Source: Orbicella franksi
Taxonomy: Eukaryota
Reading direction: 5' to 3'
Assembly: GCA_964199315.1 (NCBI GenBank)
Contig: OZ116707.1
Location: 22,816,001 to 22,880,000, forward strand
Length of the DNA stretch: 64,000 nt
The position numbers and the translations under genes are program-made. Position 1 is the stretch's first letter. Each line of letters starts with the position of its first letter. The notes beneath the pieces are model-generated. The model did no database searches. It was given only the letters and a program-made list of their open reading frames with translations, and was not told where the DNA came from. Positions 56,401 through 62,400 of the stretch are shown here, piece after piece.

Positions 56401-59400
56401 AGTGACGCAATTTGGTATTTTCTTGCTTTGGGTCTCAGTGAACTCAAGTCCATTTATGTTGACGCACCAACAGTTACCAGTGTGAGCATTGCATTGAACA
56501 TCTTGGAAACCTCCATCCGGACTACAGTAAGGAACATAATTCCAAAGTGCCAACTTTCCTCCAGACCCTCTCTTGACGCGATCTTGGCATGGTGACAATG
56601 GAACTGGATACAAAAGACAAACGTAATAAGGTAATTCCATTTACGGTGTACAGAAGAAACGCTTTAAGTACCAAAAAATGTATGTACAAGTTGGTTGTTC
56701 AAGAGTCATTACAAGTCGTCTGGAGTACTGTTGATAAGGAAACCGAGCGAGAAAATATGAAAATATAGAAAATATGCATCTTATGAAAGCTGTACTTAAT
56801 ATAGAGTTGAACTTAGGACTTTACCTGTTGCAGAGCACTTAACGACTCCAAGGCTTCTAGTTCCCAGAACTTCCTCACCATTTTTGTTCACACACCAACA
56901 CTCTTCTGTTGACTTGTCACATTGCACATCACTATAAGAACCATCAGGTTTGCACCTGATCCGAGGTGATAGAGAGGATGATGACTGAGATTCAGCTTGT
57001 TTTTTCTGACAGTCCGATTTCGGTTTGACTGTAAACAAAAGTAGACTAAATGTCAATGAAGATTGTTGTGTCTGGATACCCTCCTCCTGCCTTTAAACGT
57101 CCTTAATTGTCAGCGTGAGATAAGAGAAGCATAACGAGATGGGATATTTTTAGCCAGCGCTAAACTTACGCTTAGCAATAAAACGCTACTTTAAAATGGA
57201 GATAAAAAACGAAAGCAGTGCTAGGACATCCAAATGATGACCTCGTTAATAGAACAATTGGCTGATAGCTGATATGAAGCAAACATATTTTGTAATCTCA
57301 TTACATTCAACCATGAATGAAGAGTTTTTATTACCGTGAGTGTGCGTACCACTGTATAGTATTGATTTTTCTTTATATCATAAACTTACCTGCATCATCA
57401 TCGCAGTTTGGCAGACCATCTCTTAATGAATTGACACTGGTGCCTTTTATTTGATTTCCATTTGCATCCACGCAGTAACAGGTGCTAAGGTAACACTGCA
57501 CCTTACTGTAAGTCCCATCCGGATTACACAACGGAACAGAACGGCCTGCGACCGGGTTTCGCCAGCTGTCCTGGTACTGCTTCCGACAAGATGTTAGTGG
57601 GTCTTCTAAAGTCGTAAAATGGTATATTATTAGATGTCGTATGATAATTTAAAAACAAAAAATAGAAAAGGCTTTTTTAATTCTCTCACTTACTCTGTTG
57701 AGGGCACTTGACTTGAACTTTAGACCTCGTTTGAGGTATTTCTTTTCCCTGCTTGTCAACGCACCAGCATTCGCCACTTGATCCATCACACTGTACATCT
57801 TCATAAGTTCCATCTCGTTTGCATCTTGGAACAAACTTTCCTCCATCTATCAGACGTTTCTGGGCATGCCTTTCGCATTTTTTAAGAGTGTCGTCTTTAT
57901 AGAAGGAATCAATAAACAAAATGACAATTATGTATTGCACTGGTTTTTGTCGTGTAGTCTCGTTTTCGCATGGGAGAATTGTGAAGTCAGTCGGACAGTC
58001 AAACAGTCGTCAGACAGCCAGACAGTCAGACAGTCAGACAGTCAGGCAGTCAGACAGTCAGACAGTCAGACAATCAGTCAGTCAGGTCAGTCAGTTACTC
58101 AGACAGTCCTTCCGCCCTCTGACCGTCCACCCGTCCATCGTTCAGTCAGTTGATCGGTTGGTCGGTCAGTAGGTCGGTCAATCGTAAGGTCGGTCCGTCC
58201 GTCCCTATGTCAGTCAGTCAGTCAATCAGTCAGTCAGTTAGTCAGTCAGTCATTCAGTCAGTCTATCAATACAAAATATATATAAATTAAAAGTAAAAGT
58301 CAGGTTGCACCAACCTGGATCTTCACACTTGGGCCTTCCTTGGCCAATGTTCACTTTGGTGCCAGGAATACTTATTCCATTGATGTTTACACAGTAACAG
58401 ACAGAACCGAGACACTGTGCCGGTTCAAAGTTTCCATTTGCTTTACAGCGTGGTATAAAAGCTCCTGGTGCTGCGTTGGCCGAGTTATCAGCTCGTTGCC
58501 TCTCACACTTTGTAAATGCTGAGTAATGAACAAAACTATTATAAGACAGTTGAAGAACTTATTAGATACAAAGACCTCTATGTTTCTGCTTCATGTTCCG
58601 ATTGGGGAATACACATCAGGTCATTAAAAACTCGTTCAGGAATTTATTTGGTTGGAGTCACTAAAACAGAAGTGTCGCTTAGGTCCAACAATTTAAACCT
58701 CGGACGTACAAGGGTGGAGGTGGATGCCACCCCTCCATAAGGTTTTTTGAAAGTTTTCAAAAGATTTATTCTAAGATGTTGAATTGAAACGTTCAGTAGC
58801 GGTTCATCCTTTGCGGAAATTTTAGAATGTAAATGTGTAATTACGATTTTTGACTTTGCTAAAGCAACCGCAAACTCCCAGTAGGTGTGGCCAAAAATCT
58901 ACTTTTATACAGTGCTCTATTTTTTATACAGTGTCTTCATCAAATTGCAGAAATTTTTGAATGTTTACGTTCCGTGAGCTTTTCACTTGATTTTGTATTA
59001 ATTTCCCTTTTCGGGGAACTTTTAGAAAATAGTAAAATCCAAGATAGTGGATTCAACCCGGCGGATCAAGTGACGTCATTTGACACCATTAGCAACAAAA
59101 ATGGTGTCATCTTGTAGAGCAAGCTCAGGGTTACCTACCTAATGTAAATTTATTCTGCTGTGCCTTAACAGAACGAGAACCTAAGGGAGGTCTTTATGTG
59201 ATCAAGAAAGAGCTATGGAGATTGTATACCATTCAGTACTTAGAAAATATTGGACGGGTAATATAGCATTATGATCAGCTGGCACTGGTTATTGCGGCTC
59301 TAAGCCATGTCAGTCGTACAAGAAAGGTAATGAAACAATCTCATGGATTTCAAAAAGGACTGGCAGAGTTGGTAATGGATGATGAAGTCGGTTTACAAAT

Positions 59401-62400
59401 GCTTCTTTTAGTCTTCTGACATAACTTAAAAGATTTTAGAAGTGTTTTAGGGTAGTCCAAATAACTGGAGAGTCAGGGCAATAGAGTAAATGTATAGACA
59501 TTAGAATCACCTGGATCAGGACCACACATGAGGTCACCATCTGATACATTCTTCCTGGAGCCATATATTTCGACGCCATCCTTATTGACACAGAAACAGT
59601 ATGACTTGTGGCACTGCTTTTTGGAGTAGCTTCCATCTGTTTTGCACCGCGGTAAATATCTTCCTTTCAACAGCCAATTTCTTGACTTTTCTGCGTATTC
59701 CTTTTGACATGGTGTTGGGTCTCCTCCTGTTTACAAGGAAACGTAAATATTATTTTTCACACACAGTGGACTGCATTATCAACACTAGAAATTTCAGAGT
59801 GAATGTAACCACCCTAAAAAACAGCTTACCTATTGCAGGACACTTTATAGACCCAGTTGTTCTGGTGTCAGTTATTTCGTAACCATTTTGATCAGCACAC
59901 CAACACTCCTTGGACTTGTCGTCGCATTGGATTTCCTCGTAGTCTCCATTAGCCTTGCATTTTGATCCTGATCGTTGTGGGATGACTAACTGATCGTCAC
60001 CATTGTTATATCTCTGGCACATTGTCACTTCAGGATCTGTAATCATTATTCGTCAAAAGTCACTATGTAAATATTTCAGTGCCTCAAGCATTCGCTTATC
60101 AGTTGAGTTAGTGATCAGTGATCAACTAAGCGTCTTGCCTGTTCGATTCACTTCCTCTATTGTCTATGTTATGGCATTAATCTCTGCACAGTCCAGTTTT
60201 GTCATGATGGCTTTTTACAATAATCAATAAATTATTCACACTGTTTTACAGGAAATCATCAGCCTTTTCATGGAAGGCACATGGTGAACTGCGACCACTT
60301 ACTAGATGCTATTACTTCGTTACCTGCGTCTCCAAGAGAGCAGCTCGTGAAACTAATAATGACTCTAATAATGACAGTTTGGTAACAAGAACTTGAACGC
60401 GCAACTATGGCTCGCTGCAATTTGTACTGAAAATAACTGTGAAATCTCGTTTTTGCTGTTTGCGCCTAACGGTTCAAAGATTCTAAGGTTCCGCCGTCTT
60501 AGTAAATAGCAAGAGTGCGGATGTTTAGATGTCACAGTTTCAAATATAAATCGTATTGAAGCTTTCACAAAAACCACATTCTTTGGAATGCGTGTTGGTG
60601 TAATCAGTGCTACCTCTCTGTGAAATAGAGGATACTTTATATCTCTTACTAGTACCAACCTTTTGTAATCGCATAGGCAATGTTGGGATCGGTATCAATA
60701 TCACTCTCAGGGTTTGTTCTGAAGACGAATCTTCCGCTACTTGCAGCTCTAACGGCATCAGGCTTATCTGCTGACGGATTTGTAGTTACAACATACACTT
60801 CGACACCTCTATTCTTCAGCTGCGTTACAGGGTAGATCCATTTGTCCTCAGGCGGCCATTCTCCGTTGATAAAGAGAACAACAACCTACAAAAAAGAAAA
60901 CCCATAGAAAACCACATGTTTAAAAGACTGAAAGCTTTCCGCATAACTTGTATCTTGTTGTTGGTTTTTTTAAGTGTAGGATATAAATGACAGTACTGTT
61001 ATCAAGTGATCGTCCGTGAGTAGGCAAAGCCGATAGTTCCACTTTCACAAGGTGGAAATCTCCAATGTCCTTTCACTTAACTTTGAACCTTTCGTACTCT
61101 CACGTTTACGTACGTTAGTCAGACACAACAGCTCTTTACAAGTTTACCATCAACTGCAAGCTAACGTCAAGTAAATTTCTAATCTCACTGGATTCGAAAA
61201 ACATTCCTTACACTTTTATGGTAAAAAAAAAAAAAACGTACTTGTTTAGTCGCCGGGCGTGATCTGTTTCGTGAAGTGAAGAGATCATCACGTGCCACCT
61301 GGAATGCAAGGCCAACCCGTCTGTCAGATCCTCCTAGTTGAGCAATGCTGTTGATCCTCCCCCTGACTACGGCAGCACTGTAGGGTCGATCACCCGCCGT
61401 AGGGAAGGGAACTGCCACTGCAGCTGATGAACTGAATGGGATAAAGCCAACGTGGGTGCCACTTTGGGAGACATCGAAGTTAGCAATAATAGCTGAGATG
61501 GCATTCAATGTCTTTTGCCAGTTAACAGTATCTGATGAATCCGCTAGGAAACCAACGTCTAAGGATGGGATGTAGCCTGAATGAAACAACGACGTTAGCT
61601 CGCCATCATTTAGTTTCCAACCAATAAAAAGTGACAGTAATTTTATTATAATCCAGTACTTGGTGACCACGCACTAAATCAGAGGTTTAATTTTTAATCC
61701 TATAATGTGTCCATTCCCTGTCAGATTCAAGTAGTTGGCTGTATTGTGCTGGGAGTAACTATTTTTATTGACAGTAAAAGAAAAACAAAAAGCACAGCAA
61801 AAGAAACCCGGCCAGTCCAATATGATCAATGAAACGAAATGTGATGGAAACGTACCTTGACGTATCATACCATTCAACTGAGAAGCAAGTATCGGCAAAC
61901 TACTAGTTTGAGTCCTGAAGACATACTCTGGCCTTGATGCTATAGCTTCCAACTCCGATGGTATCACATTTGGCCCAATACCAACTGAATATATGTCCAC
62001 TCCAATATCGTTGAGCTGCGCTGCAAGATCAGCAAATGGCCTCCCTTTCGTAACCTGAGGACCGCTAGTGACCAATATGGCAATCTGTAGGAAATCGTGG
62101 AACCATTTACATATCGGCAGAATTTATGCTTAAGGACTTTTGTACTAATTGTTTGTGTGCATCAAGAATGCGCACCTAATTATCACGCTACCTCATACAT
62201 CAAACGCGCGCTTAACTTACAAAATGAACAACAATGGTGCTAGTGGCCCCTATTACAACGCTTCGTTAAGCTTTATGAGTGCTTCGAAAGCCTCTTTAGG
62301 AGTTACATTTATGGATAGGATAAAATTTCTAACGCAACAGAGCCACATATAGAAAATATGATAGAGAAGGTCGCCTCCGTTGAATCATGCGATATCCAGA

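Noticed and set aside
58695-59135. Possible piggyBac-like MITE (AACCTCGG...CAGGGTTA)
   Set aside because: Only a short imperfect terminal match and no matching target duplication.
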